NCBI GenBank assembly: GCA_965248175.1
Contig: OZ252093.1
Span: 2,429,449 to 2,493,448 of the forward strand
Source: Rhodothermales bacterium
Lineage (GTDB): Bacteria; Bacteroidota; Rhodothermia; Rhodothermales; VXPQ01
Length of the DNA: 64,000 nucleotides
Reading direction: 5' to 3'
This document shows, in pieces, positions 52,670 through 61,371 of this stretch. Position 1 is the stretch's first letter. Each line of letters starts with the position of its first letter. The notes under the pieces were generated by a model that was not told where the DNA came from, did not search any database, and saw only the letters and a program-made list of their open reading frames with translations. The translations under genes were made by a program, and so were the position numbers.

Positions 52670-52824
52670 TGGAGGGGTTCCTCGACTGTTCCTTTACAAG
52701 TGGTGCGTAGGGGCTATCGCATGCGCCCGATGCGTCAACGACAAGAAGTCGTCCCGCCCATGATGCGCCGGGCGCCTTGTAAGTCGAAGAAAATCAAGAT
52801 GGTCAATCCGTACAATGCGGCGTG

Positions 52825-53946
52825 TCATGCGGCCACCTCCACCTTCTGCTCCTTGCTCGCAGTCTGCCGTACATGGTCGGCAATGCACGCACCCATCTCT
52901 TCGGTGGACACGAGCCTGCAACCCTCTTCCTGCATATCGGCCGTTCGTACGCCCCCCAAAAAGGTCTCACTCACGGCCCTGCGAATTGCCGTTGCCGCAT
53001 CCGCCTCGCCCAGTTCCTCAAGCATCATGGCGGCGCTGAGCACAGCGGCCACGGGATTAGCCTTCCCTTCGCCAGCAATGTCGGGGGCACTGCCGTGCAC
53101 CGGCTCGAACAACCCTACGGCACCGCCTACCGAAGCCGACGGCAACACGCCGAGCGAACCCGGCAACGTCGCTGCCAGATCGGAGAGAATATCGCCGAAC
53201 AGATTCGCTGTCACCACCACATCGAAGTCCGATGGGCGTCGCACGATCTGCATGGCGGCGTTGTCGATATACAAATGCTCCAGTTCTATGTCGGGATAGC
53301 CGGCGCTATGCACCTGTGTCACGACATCGTTCCACAGTTGGGATACCTCCAGTACGTTGGCCTTATCCACCGACGTGACTCGTCTGCGACGACGACGCGC
53401 CCAGGTAAACGCCACATGAGCGATACGCTCGATTTCCGCCGCCGAGTAACGCATCGTGTTAAGGGCTTCCTTGCCCTGTGTGCCCTCGACCAGCCCCTTC
53501 GGCTCTGCGAAATAAATTCCGCCGGTCAGTTCGCGCACGATCATCATATCCGTGCCCGCAACAACCTCCCGCCTGAGGGGCGAAGCACCCGCCAGAAAAT
53601 CCGGCACAGTCACCGGACGCAGGTTCGCATACACGCCAAGCGTCTTGCGCAAACCCAGCAGGCCAGCCTCCGGACGCAGGTCGCCATGAAGATCATCCCA
53701 GGCAGGCCCTCCAACGGCCCCAAGCAACACGGCATCCGACTCGAGGCAGGCTATTGCCGTAGCTTCCGGTAATGGCGTACCGAACGCATCGATGGCACTG
53801 CCCCCTATGAAAAATTCCTCGGACGCGACGGCGAACCCAAACCGCTCACCCGCCTCCGCAAGGATACGGAGCGCTTCACGGGTAACTTCCGGCCCGACGC
53901 CGTCGCCCGGCAAACAGGCGATGCGGTATGTCCTCTTGCCAGTCAA
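52825..53946 (-). CDS. leuB: 3-isopropylmalate dehydrogenase
   Basis: IACLPGDGVGPEV, NLFGDILSD. Confidence 0.96.
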   Translation of the reverse strand: MTGKRTYRIACLPGDGVGPEVTREALRILAEAGERFGFAVASEEFFIGGSAIDAFGTPLPEATAIACLESDAVLLGAVGGPAWDDLHGDLRPEAGLLGLRKTLGVYANLRPVTVPDFLAGASPLRREVVAGTDMMIVRELTGGIYFAEPKGLVEGTQGKEALNTMRYSAAEIERIAHVAFTWARRRRRRVTSVDKANVLEVSQLWNDVVTQVHSAGYPDIELEHLYIDNAAMQIVRRPSDFDVVVTANLFGDILSDLAATLPGSLGVLPSASVGGAVGLFEPVHGSAPDIAGEGKANPVAAVLSAAMMLEELGEADAATAIRRAVSETFLGGVRTADMQEEGCRLVSTEEMGACIADHVRQTASKEQKVEVAA

Positions 53947-53948
53947 GT

Positions 53949-54965
53949 CTATACGGCTTTCGCTTCCTCTTGTTGTTCACCGCGCAGCCAACTCATCATG
54001 CTGCGCAGCCGCTTACCGATCTGTTCGATCGGATGCTCCCTGGACCTGCCGCGCAAGGCAAGCAGCTGCTTGCCCCCGGCTTTATTCTCGGCAATCCATT
54101 CTTTTGCAAACGTTCCATCCTGTATTTCGACAAGAATCTGCCGCATGCGCTCGCGAACCGAGTCATCAATGAGCCGCGGGCCGCGTGTGTAATTACCGTA
54201 CTCGGCCGTATCGCTGATCGAGTAGTTCATGTATTCCAGCCCGCCGTCGTAAATCAGATCGACAATGAGCTTGAGTTCGTGCAGGCACTCGAAATACGCC
54301 AGTTCGGGGGGATACCCGGCTTCGGTCAGCGTTTCGAACCCGGCCTTGATGAGTTCTTCGGCGCCGCCGCAGAGTACAGCCTGTTCCCCGAAGAGGTCGG
54401 TTTCCGTCTCATCCTTGAAGGTTGTTTCGATGACCCCTGCCCGGATGCCGCCTATGCCTTCCGCATAACTCAGCGCCATATCCAGTGCAGCGCCCGAAGC
54501 GTCCTGCGCAACAGCCACCAGACAAGGCACTCCCTTGCCTTCCTCGAATACGCGGCGCGCCAGATGGCCCGGCGATTTGGGAGCCACCATGAACACATCG
54601 ACACCTTCCGGCGGCGTGATCTGCCCATAGTGAATGTTGAACCCGTGCCCGAAAACCAGGGACTTGCCCGGCGTCATATGCTCGGCCATGTGGGCCTCGT
54701 ACACCTGCTTCTGATGCTGATCCGGCACCAGCATCACAACCAGATCACCCCATGCAGTCGCTTCGGAAATGCTCATGACGCGCAGGCCTTTTTCGGCGGC
54801 TTCCGCGCGCGAGGAAGAACCCTCGCGCAGCCCGACCGCCACGTCGACGCCGCTGTCATGCAGGTTCAGGGCATGAGCATGTCCCTGGCTTCCGTATCCT
54901 ATAACGGCTACACGCCGAGACCGGACGAGATCGGGATTGGCCCGATAGTGAACGTTAACTCCCAT
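53949..54965 (-). CDS. ilvC: ketol-acid reductoisomerase (class I)
   Basis: Start reset to MGVNVHY.... [17 protein letters not shown]. Confidence 0.95.
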   Translation of the reverse strand: MGVNVHYRANPDLVRSRRVAVIGYGSQGHAHALNLHDSGVDVAVGLREGSSSRAEAAEKGLRVMSISEATAWGDLVVMLVPDQHQKQVYEAHMAEHMTPGKSLVFGHGFNIHYGQITPPEGVDVFMVAPKSPGHLARRVFEEGKGVPCLVAVAQDASGAALDMALSYAEGIGGIRAGVIETTFKDETETDLFGEQAVLCGGAEELIKAGFETLTEAGYPPELAYFECLHELKLIVDLIYDGGLEYMNYSISDTAEYGNYTRGPRLIDDSVRERMRQILVEIQDGTFAKEWIAENKAGGKQLLALRGRSREHPIEQIGKRLRSMMSWLRGEQQEEAKAV

Positions 54966-55030
54966 TTGTGTGATATTTTCGTTTGCAGGTGGTATGTGCG
55001 GGCCGCTTGCGACCCTTGCGAAAAACCGGC

Positions 55031-55609
55031 TCAATCGCCGAAAAGCAGCGCTCGTTTCATGGCCACGCGGCCACTCCGCGCAACTTCCTCAATGCCGTAG
55101 CGGTGCATCATCCCGACGAAGGCATTGATTTTCCTGGTGGGTCCGGCGATTTCGAAGGTCATCGTGTCCGTTGTGATATCCACGACCTTACCATGGAAAA
55201 TCTTGAGCGTGTCAAGTAGTTCAACACGGTTGTCAGAGGTATACCCGATCTTCAGCAAGCACAACTCGCGCTCGACGTACTCCTCTGATGTTAAATCCTC
55301 CACCTCCAGCACATCGATCAACCGGTTCAATTGACGGTTCACCTGGGAAATGGTGCGGTCTTCCCCCGTTGTGACAATGGTCATCCGGGAAACCGAGGAC
55401 TCATCCGTTTTCCCGACCGTCACGCTTTCGAGACTGAAGCCGCGGGCAGAGAACAAATTGATGACGCGGTTCAGCGCCCCAAGCGAATTCTCGAGCAAAA
55501 CGGCAATGATATGCCGGTGGCGGTGCGTTTTCTCGCCCGGCCCGATGGGTTCCCCTTGGCCCTTCTTCCGGATAATCTGTTGCGGGGTCAGTGTGTCGTG
55601 CTCACTCAT
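55031..55609 (-). CDS. ilvN: acetolactate synthase small (regulatory) subunit
   Basis: ACT domain [31 protein letters not shown]. Confidence 0.92.
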   Translation of the reverse strand: MSEHDTLTPQQIIRKKGQGEPIGPGEKTHRHRHIIAVLLENSLGALNRVINLFSARGFSLESVTVGKTDESSVSRMTIVTTGEDRTISQVNRQLNRLIDVLEVEDLTSEEYVERELCLLKIGYTSDNRVELLDTLKIFHGKVVDITTDTMTFEIAGPTRKINAFVGMMHRYGIEEVARSGRVAMKRALLFGD

Positions 55610-55633
55610 GGCGACTTCCTTATGGAATTTTCG

Positions 55634-57394
55634 TCATACGAAGGCGTCAGGCGTCAGGCGCTTCGTGATCATTTCGCTGGTGGAGGCGCCCGCAGGCACC
55701 ATCGGGAACACCATTTCCTCCTTGGTGACACGAAATTCCATCACAGCCGGGCGATCAGTGACGGCCCATGCCTTCCGGATAATCTCGTCGACTTCGTCCG
55801 GGGTCTCCGCTCGCAGGCCTACGCAGTGATGCGCCTCCGCAAGCTTGACGAAATCCGGATTTGTATCGGACAGATCGGTATGGCTGAAGCGCTCATTGTG
55901 GAACAATTCCTGCCATTGCCGCACCATGCCCAGAAAATTATTGTTTATGATGACCACCTTGATCGGCAGCCCGTGCGCGGCGGCGACGCATAGTTCCTGC
56001 GCATTCATGATGAAGCCACCATCACCGCTGATCGAAACAACCGTCTTGTCAGGCCTGCCGAAGGCGGCGCCCATTGCTGCAGGCAAACTAAAACCCATCG
56101 TGCCAAGACCACCCGACGTAATGTGCGTGCGCGGATGCAAGAACTGAAAATACTGAGCCGCCCACATCTGATGCTGGCCCACATCCGTCACTATGATCGC
56201 TTCCCCCTGCGTATGGCGCCGAAGGCGCTCGAGTACATACTGTGCACGGAGGCACCTGTCGGCCTGATCATACATCAGCGGGCATTCCTCTTTCCATGCT
56301 TCCACCTGTTCGAGCCATTCCCCGGTATTACACGGCTCAATTAGAGGCTCGAGACGCGTGAGTGCATCGAGAACATCCCCAATAATGGCGCAATCCACAT
56401 AAACATTCTTGGAGACCGAAGACGGATCGATATCGATATGGATGATCTTCGCATGCGGCGCCCAGGATTCGAGCTTACCCGTTACCCGATCGTCAAACCG
56501 TGCCCCGACAGCGATCAATAGATCGGAGTGCTGCACCGCCATGTTGGCGTACCATGTGCCATGCATACCCAGCATACCCACCGAAAGCTCGTCGTTCTCG
56601 GGAAACGCTCCGAGTCCGTGGAGGGTGGTTGTGACCGGAATGCGCGCCTTGCGGGCAATCCGGGTCAATACGTCCGCCCCATTCGAATTGATTGCCCCGC
56701 CGCCCACATAGAAAAGAGGCTTCTTCGCCTCAGCAATCATGGCCGCGGCGCGACGGATTTTGGCTTCATCGCCCTTGTCTTTGAAGCGATAGCCGCGCAG
56801 GTTGATTTCCTTCGGGTATTCGAATTCGGTTTCGGCCAGAAGCACGTCCTTGGGCAAATCCACGACGACAGGGCCAGGCCGCCCCGTGCGGGCAATGTAA
56901 TAGGCCTTTTTCACAGCCGAGGCCAAATCCCGCACATCGCACACCAGGAAGCTATGCTTCGTGATACTGCGGGTGATGCCGATCGTATCGCACTCCTGAA
57001 ACGCGTCGTTCCCGATGAGTTGGGTCGGCACTTGCCCGGTGAAAACAACAATGGGCACCGAATCCATATACGCGTCCGCAATGCCGGTAACCGTGTTGGT
57101 GGCGCCGGGCCCGCTGGTTACAAGCACCGTACCCACCTTACCGGTTGCCTTTGCGTATCCCTCGGCAGCGTGGGCGCCGCCTTGCTCATGCCGCACCAGC
57201 ACATGCTTGAATTTCGGCTGGATGCGAGCCATCTCATCATAGATTTTGATGACGGCCCCCCCAGGGTAACCGAACACCACCTCTACGCCCTCTGCATCCA
57301 GCGAACGCAGAAAAATCTCCGCACCGCTCATGCGTTGTGCGCCGTTAACCGACGACGCATGTTGCGGTATACTGTTTCCTTGCATATCAGGCAT
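55634..57394 (-). CDS. ilvB: acetolactate synthase large subunit
   Basis: ThDP enzyme: SGAEIFLRSLDAEGVEVVFGYPGG and GLGTMGFSLPAAMGA...SGDGGF. Start at MPDMQG (57394) or at the Met of MSGAEIF. Confidence 0.95.
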   Translation of the reverse strand: MPDMQGNSIPQHASSVNGAQRMSGAEIFLRSLDAEGVEVVFGYPGGAVIKIYDEMARIQPKFKHVLVRHEQGGAHAAEGYAKATGKVGTVLVTSGPGATNTVTGIADAYMDSVPIVVFTGQVPTQLIGNDAFQECDTIGITRSITKHSFLVCDVRDLASAVKKAYYIARTGRPGPVVVDLPKDVLLAETEFEYPKEINLRGYRFKDKGDEAKIRRAAAMIAEAKKPLFYVGGGAINSNGADVLTRIARKARIPVTTTLHGLGAFPENDELSVGMLGMHGTWYANMAVQHSDLLIAVGARFDDRVTGKLESWAPHAKIIHIDIDPSSVSKNVYVDCAIIGDVLDALTRLEPLIEPCNTGEWLEQVEAWKEECPLMYDQADRCLRAQYVLERLRRHTQGEAIIVTDVGQHQMWAAQYFQFLHPRTHITSGGLGTMGFSLPAAMGAAFGRPDKTVVSISGDGGFIMNAQELCVAAAHGLPIKVVIINNNFLGMVRQWQELFHNERFSHTDLSDTNPDFVKLAEAHHCVGLRAETPDEVDEIIRKAWAVTDRPAVMEFRVTKEEMVFPMVPAGASTSEMITKRLTPDAFV

Positions 57395-57649
57395 TGATCC
57401 CGACCGGTTTTTTTCCTTCGTTATTTGGCGCTCCAACGAGCGGCTCGCACAATGCGCAGGCCATGCACAAGTAACAAGCCATACGGATAGACTTGTTAAA
57501 ATACGAACCACTGGCTTCAGCGTTCAGGTACGTTTCTGTGAGGGAGTACATGGGCATCTTGTTAACGTGCGGCGTGAAGGCCAATCCTTCACTGCCCGAT
57601 TGATGCCATCATGCATACTGGAGAAGTGCGAAGGATCGGCCGGTCCCGG
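57395..57649 (-). promoter_or_regulatory. about 255-nt leader between the leader-peptide stop and ilvB, with mutually exclusive pairing segments
   Basis: In transcript sense, CCUUCGCAC (57626-57634), GUGAAGG (57586-57592) and CCUUCAC (57574-57580) can pair 1:2 or 2:3. I could not identify a clean terminator hairpin with a U-run. Confidence 0.35.
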
Positions 57650-57793
57650 CTAAACCGTAATAATAATGAGACCGAGGAGGAGAACAACCGACGCAAACCG
57701 CCCGTCGGCAACGCATGCCGTTCCCCGCAGGACACGACAAATGTCCTTGCCTGTGCGCCGAAGCGCTATCTGTTTGCGGGAGTGTTGCGTCAT
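57650..57793 (-). CDS. candidate ilv-leu leader peptide (47 aa) ending VVLLLGLIIITV
   Basis: Below the ORF-track size cutoff. My translation from cat 57791-57793: MTQHSRKQIALRRTGKDICRVLRGTACVADGRFASVVLLLGLIIITV*. Ten of the last 12 codons are Val/Leu/Ile. Confidence 0.5.
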   Translation of the reverse strand: MTQHSRKQIALRRTGKDICRVLRGTACVADGRFASVVLLLGLIIITV

Positions 57794-58331
57794 GGTCCGA
57801 GCCATAGTTGGTCTGCCCTTATGCCTTTCCTATTCGTAAACGTATATACGCTCTCTGTCATCAAACGATCCGTCACGGGAGCGATACGCCGAACGGAGCA
57901 TTACCGGATAAAACAGGGCAACTAACGCTACAGTCTATATAATAACGCAATTTCGGACGAACCTATCAAGTGAAAAACAGGATGTTTTGCAAGTTATTCA
58001 TTACGAAAACACTCGCCCTTGTGGCTTCACAAACACTTCATGCCCTCTAATGGGCTAAAAAAGCGCTTTTTTTCAAAACAGGGCTTTTCGGAAAGAGGTT
58101 TTATGCGATCATCTATTGAAGTATTGGGTGATTATTGTCTAATTTAATAAGGTGTTTTGCAGGATTTCTTCACTTATCAGTAAAAATGACGTCGCTTGCC
58201 AAGAACTCGCTCCGGGCATGTGGTCTGGCGTTGTTCCCTGCGCATTGCCCTGAAAGTCGGGGAGCAGACGGCCCCTCGCCGAGCACTCTGTACCCGGACA
58301 GCATCATAAACAACCACACTGGTTATCCGTC

Positions 58332-59015
58332 ATGAAGAAACTTCTTACCATCCTCTCTCTGGTGTTCGCCCTTTCCTGGTCCCTGCCCGCGTCCGCGCAG
58401 GAATTCAGCTTCGGCGCCGATATCGTAAGCCGTTATGTATGGAGGGGCATCGATTTCGGTGAATCCGCCAGCGTCCAGCCCTCGCTCACTTTGAGTTCCG
58501 GCGGACTGGAGATAGGAACCTGGGCATCGTATGCCACGAACCCCGGTTCGGCCGGCTCTAACGAACACGACCTGTGGATCGGTTATTCCGCCGGCGCCTT
58601 CTCTGTGGGCATCACGGACTACTATTTCCCGAACGGTGGCGTCGAGTTCTCCAACTTTGATGGCGACGGTGAGGGAGCACACGTGATCGAACCCTATTTC
58701 TCGTTCGGAGGCACGGATTCTTTTCCAGTGACACTCTATGCCGCATACAACGCCTACAACGACCCGGATAATTCGCTGTATATCAATGCATCGATGCCCT
58801 TCGCCGTAGGCGGAATGGAGATGTCGTTCGGAATCGGCGCTTCGGCAGGCGAGAGTGCGTGGTACTTGACCGAGGGATTCAGCATCATTGACATGGTGCT
58901 TGGCGCCTCGAAGAGCATTCCGATCACAGACAAGTTCGAGTTACCCGTAAGTATCTCGTACATACTGAATCCCACAGAAGACAAGAGCTTCCTCGTTTTT
59001 GGAATCTCCCTGTAG
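58332..59015 (+). CDS. TorF-family putative outer-membrane porin (Gcw_chp beta-barrel)
   Basis: Signal peptide MKKLLTILSLVFALSWSLPASAQ. SRYVWRGIDFGESASVQPSLTL..GLEIGTWASY matches the family pattern. Confidence 0.7.
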   Translation: MKKLLTILSLVFALSWSLPASAQEFSFGADIVSRYVWRGIDFGESASVQPSLTLSSGGLEIGTWASYATNPGSAGSNEHDLWIGYSAGAFSVGITDYYFPNGGVEFSNFDGDGEGAHVIEPYFSFGGTDSFPVTLYAAYNAYNDPDNSLYINASMPFAVGGMEMSFGIGASAGESAWYLTEGFSIIDMVLGASKSIPITDKFELPVSISYILNPTEDKSFLVFGISL

Positions 59016-59173
59016 TCCGTGCGGAAGTCCTCGCTGTCCAGGCAGGTTATCGCGAGGAAAAAACAGAAGCGCCCCGGCCCTTGTACAGGCGTCGGGGCCC
59101 TTCATTATTTCTCGGGATACGGGAAGTCACTGCCTGCAACCCGCTGACCTATCCCCGATCTGCTTCCGTTCCC

Positions 59174-59872
59174 TTACGCCAGCCCTTCGTACTGTTTGGA
59201 AAGGCGCTGGAGCATTGCGCGGGTCCGCATCGCGCCGGCGCTTTCCCGCCGCATATCCGCAACAAGTCGTTTCAGATCGTCGAACGTATCCACATCGTAC
59301 CATTCCGGAAGCGTCTGCAACGAGGCGCCGCATGAGGCAACGCGGGCGGTGGTCTGTTCGAAAACAGCCCCGTGGCTGTAGGTCATCCCTTCGAAAATCT
59401 CCGGAAACGATTCGTTCATGCCGATCAGATAAAACCCTCCGTCTCCGGTGGGACCGAGCACCACGGCGCCCTGCGCTTCGAGGAAAGCAAAACCCTCCTT
59501 TATCCATGCGGAAGGCAGCGTGGGGTGATCTGTCCCTATCAGGATAACACGGCGGCGCCCTGCGGCGAACGTTTCTCCGAAAGCCTGCTTCATACGCTCC
59601 CCGAGGCCCTCCCCCCTTTGGCGAAATACGTTCCCGGTCCATTGGGGGAAAATATCCCCACGCCGGATTGCTATGCCCGTCCCCGGCGGCGGCTCGTCAA
59701 GCGCCAGGTACAGACGAAGCGTTACCCCGAGGTCCTGGTACTGATCCAATGCATCCTGCAGAAAAGCTCCGTAGAGACGGGCAGCGTCCTCCGGGGAAAG
59801 CGGCGGCGTCAGGCGGGTTTTGACCCGGCCGGGAACCGGAGGTTTTGCAAACACAATAAGGGCAGCGCTCAT
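59174..59872 (-). CDS. DUF2064 / TIGR04282-type glycosyltransferase-like protein
   Basis: ALIVFAKPPVPGRVKTRLTPPLSPEDAARLYGAFLQD is the typical N-terminus. Confidence 0.75.
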   Translation of the reverse strand: MSAALIVFAKPPVPGRVKTRLTPPLSPEDAARLYGAFLQDALDQYQDLGVTLRLYLALDEPPPGTGIAIRRGDIFPQWTGNVFRQRGEGLGERMKQAFGETFAAGRRRVILIGTDHPTLPSAWIKEGFAFLEAQGAVVLGPTGDGGFYLIGMNESFPEIFEGMTYSHGAVFEQTTARVASCGASLQTLPEWYDVDTFDDLKRLVADMRRESAGAMRTRAMLQRLSKQYEGLA

Positions 59873-61026
59873 GGGGCTTCGGGCATGCGGATCATCCGGC
59901 GCAAGACACGATCAAGCGCTTCGGTAGCCCGGTCCACCTCTTCGTCCGTCGTGCTATTGCCTACAGAAAAACGCAGGAAGGCCGCCGCGGTATCACGATC
60001 CAGCCCCATTGCAAGCAGCACATGGCTGGGTTCGAGGGCCCCGCTCGTACACGCAGAGCCGGCGGATACGCAGATGTTTTCCATATCCATGTTCAGGAGC
60101 AGCATTTCCCCATCAATGGGTCGGCCGTGTACGGGTGGAACGACCACACCGAGAATATGCGGCGCTGCCTCGCCTGTACCGCAAGGGGTGACGATGCGGA
60201 CCCCTGCTCCGGCTACTGCTTGTATACCATTGCGGAGCCGGTCCCGCATCGCTTCGGCATGCCGCTTGCGGGATTCCCCTTCGGCAAAGGCGAGTTCCAG
60301 CGCTCTGGCAAAACCGGCAATGCCCGCCACATTTTCCGTACCCGCCCGACGCCCTCGTTCCTGCTTGCCCCCCCGGAGCACAGGCCCCACATCGACCCCG
60401 GCACGTACGAACAGGGCGCCAATGCCCTTCGGGCCATAAAACTTGTGTCCCGAGACCGTCATCAGATCCGCTTCAGGGATCATGGCGTAGCCCACCGTCT
60501 GCACCGCATCGCAGTGGAACGTCAGGCCGCGCGCATGGCATACCTCGGCGATTTCACGAACCGGCGACAGGGCGCCCGTCTCGTTGTTCGCATGCATGAT
60601 GGATACAAGCGTCACCCCGGCGCATGCCTCGCTGTCGAGCTCGCGGACAATGTTCTCGACGGAAACCACGCCGTACCTGCCTGGCTTCAGCAGGCGAACG
60701 GTCTTGCCAAAAGATTGCAGGGCTTCCCCGGAACGAAGCACGGATTCGTGCTCGGCAGCACAGGTCAGCACACCCCCGGATGCGGCCCCAAGGGCCATGT
60801 TGTTGGACTCCGTGCCCCCGCTCGTGAAAACGATCTCTCCCGGTTCGGCGCCCAGGAGAGCCGCTACCTTCTCGCGACATTCCTCGATAGCGAAACGCGC
60901 CTGCCTGCCCAGAGCGTGCACCGAAGAGGCATTGCCGAACTGCGCCCCGAAAAAAGGCTGCATGGCCTCAAGCACGCGCGCGTCAAGCGGCGTCGTGGCG
61001 GCATGGTCGAGATAGACGGGATTCAT
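59869..61026 (-). CDS. cysteine desulfurase (class V aminotransferase, NifS/IscS-like)
   Basis: VYLDHAATTP, PLP-lysine context SGHKFYGPKGIGALF, active-site loop SAGSACTSG. Confidence 0.9.
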   Translation of the reverse strand: MNPVYLDHAATTPLDARVLEAMQPFFGAQFGNASSVHALGRQARFAIEECREKVAALLGAEPGEIVFTSGGTESNNMALGAASGGVLTCAAEHESVLRSGEALQSFGKTVRLLKPGRYGVVSVENIVRELDSEACAGVTLVSIMHANNETGALSPVREIAEVCHARGLTFHCDAVQTVGYAMIPEADLMTVSGHKFYGPKGIGALFVRAGVDVGPVLRGGKQERGRRAGTENVAGIAGFARALELAFAEGESRKRHAEAMRDRLRNGIQAVAGAGVRIVTPCGTGEAAPHILGVVVPPVHGRPIDGEMLLLNMDMENICVSAGSACTSGALEPSHVLLAMGLDRDTAAAFLRFSVGNSTTDEEVDRATEALDRVLRRMIRMPEAP

Positions 61027-61371
61027 GATGCGAACGGTTTACGGCACCGGGGTGCAACATGTCAAAATACCCTTTTTCGCACCCTCAACGAAAACCCATT
61101 TCGACGGTTACTAAAGATATTTGAGATTTTTCGGGAAATGCAAACATAATTCAGGGGCCGAGTCCCCATACGGTCAGGGGCGGAAAACGCCATTCACGGA
61201 AATTGCATAATAACGTCGGTTTGTAAGAGGTTTTTTCACTCGACGAACGATCGCATTCATGTGGAAACGTACCGGCTGTTCACACGGTACCAAAATCGCC
61301 TCGAAGTGCAGTAACGCTGTTTCGTGTCTGCTGCATACCGTAATCTTTGGGTTTTTGACGTGAGTTCAGGC

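Noticed and set aside
52670-52824. 155-bp gap between leuB and leuA inside the otherwise tight operon, with the 75-aa ORF at 52694-52921.
   Set aside because: The ORF is a shadow frame that overlaps the leuB 3' end. I saw only short (5-bp) hairpins and no convincing terminator or promoter element.
57387-57584. 65-aa reverse-strand ORF inside the ilvB leader.
   Set aside because: It overlaps the ilvB start region in another frame, has no family resemblance, and lies in sequence better explained as leader RNA.
57930-58331. AT-rich 400-bp divergent intergenic region with the palindrome aaaaaagcgcttttttt (about 58062-58078) and a GC-rich stretch just before the TorF-like gene. I considered a riboswitch or a bidirectional terminator.
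   Set aside because: The palindrome has only a 4-bp GC core. I could not match the GC-rich stretch to a known riboswitch consensus by eye. It probably holds the two divergent promoters.
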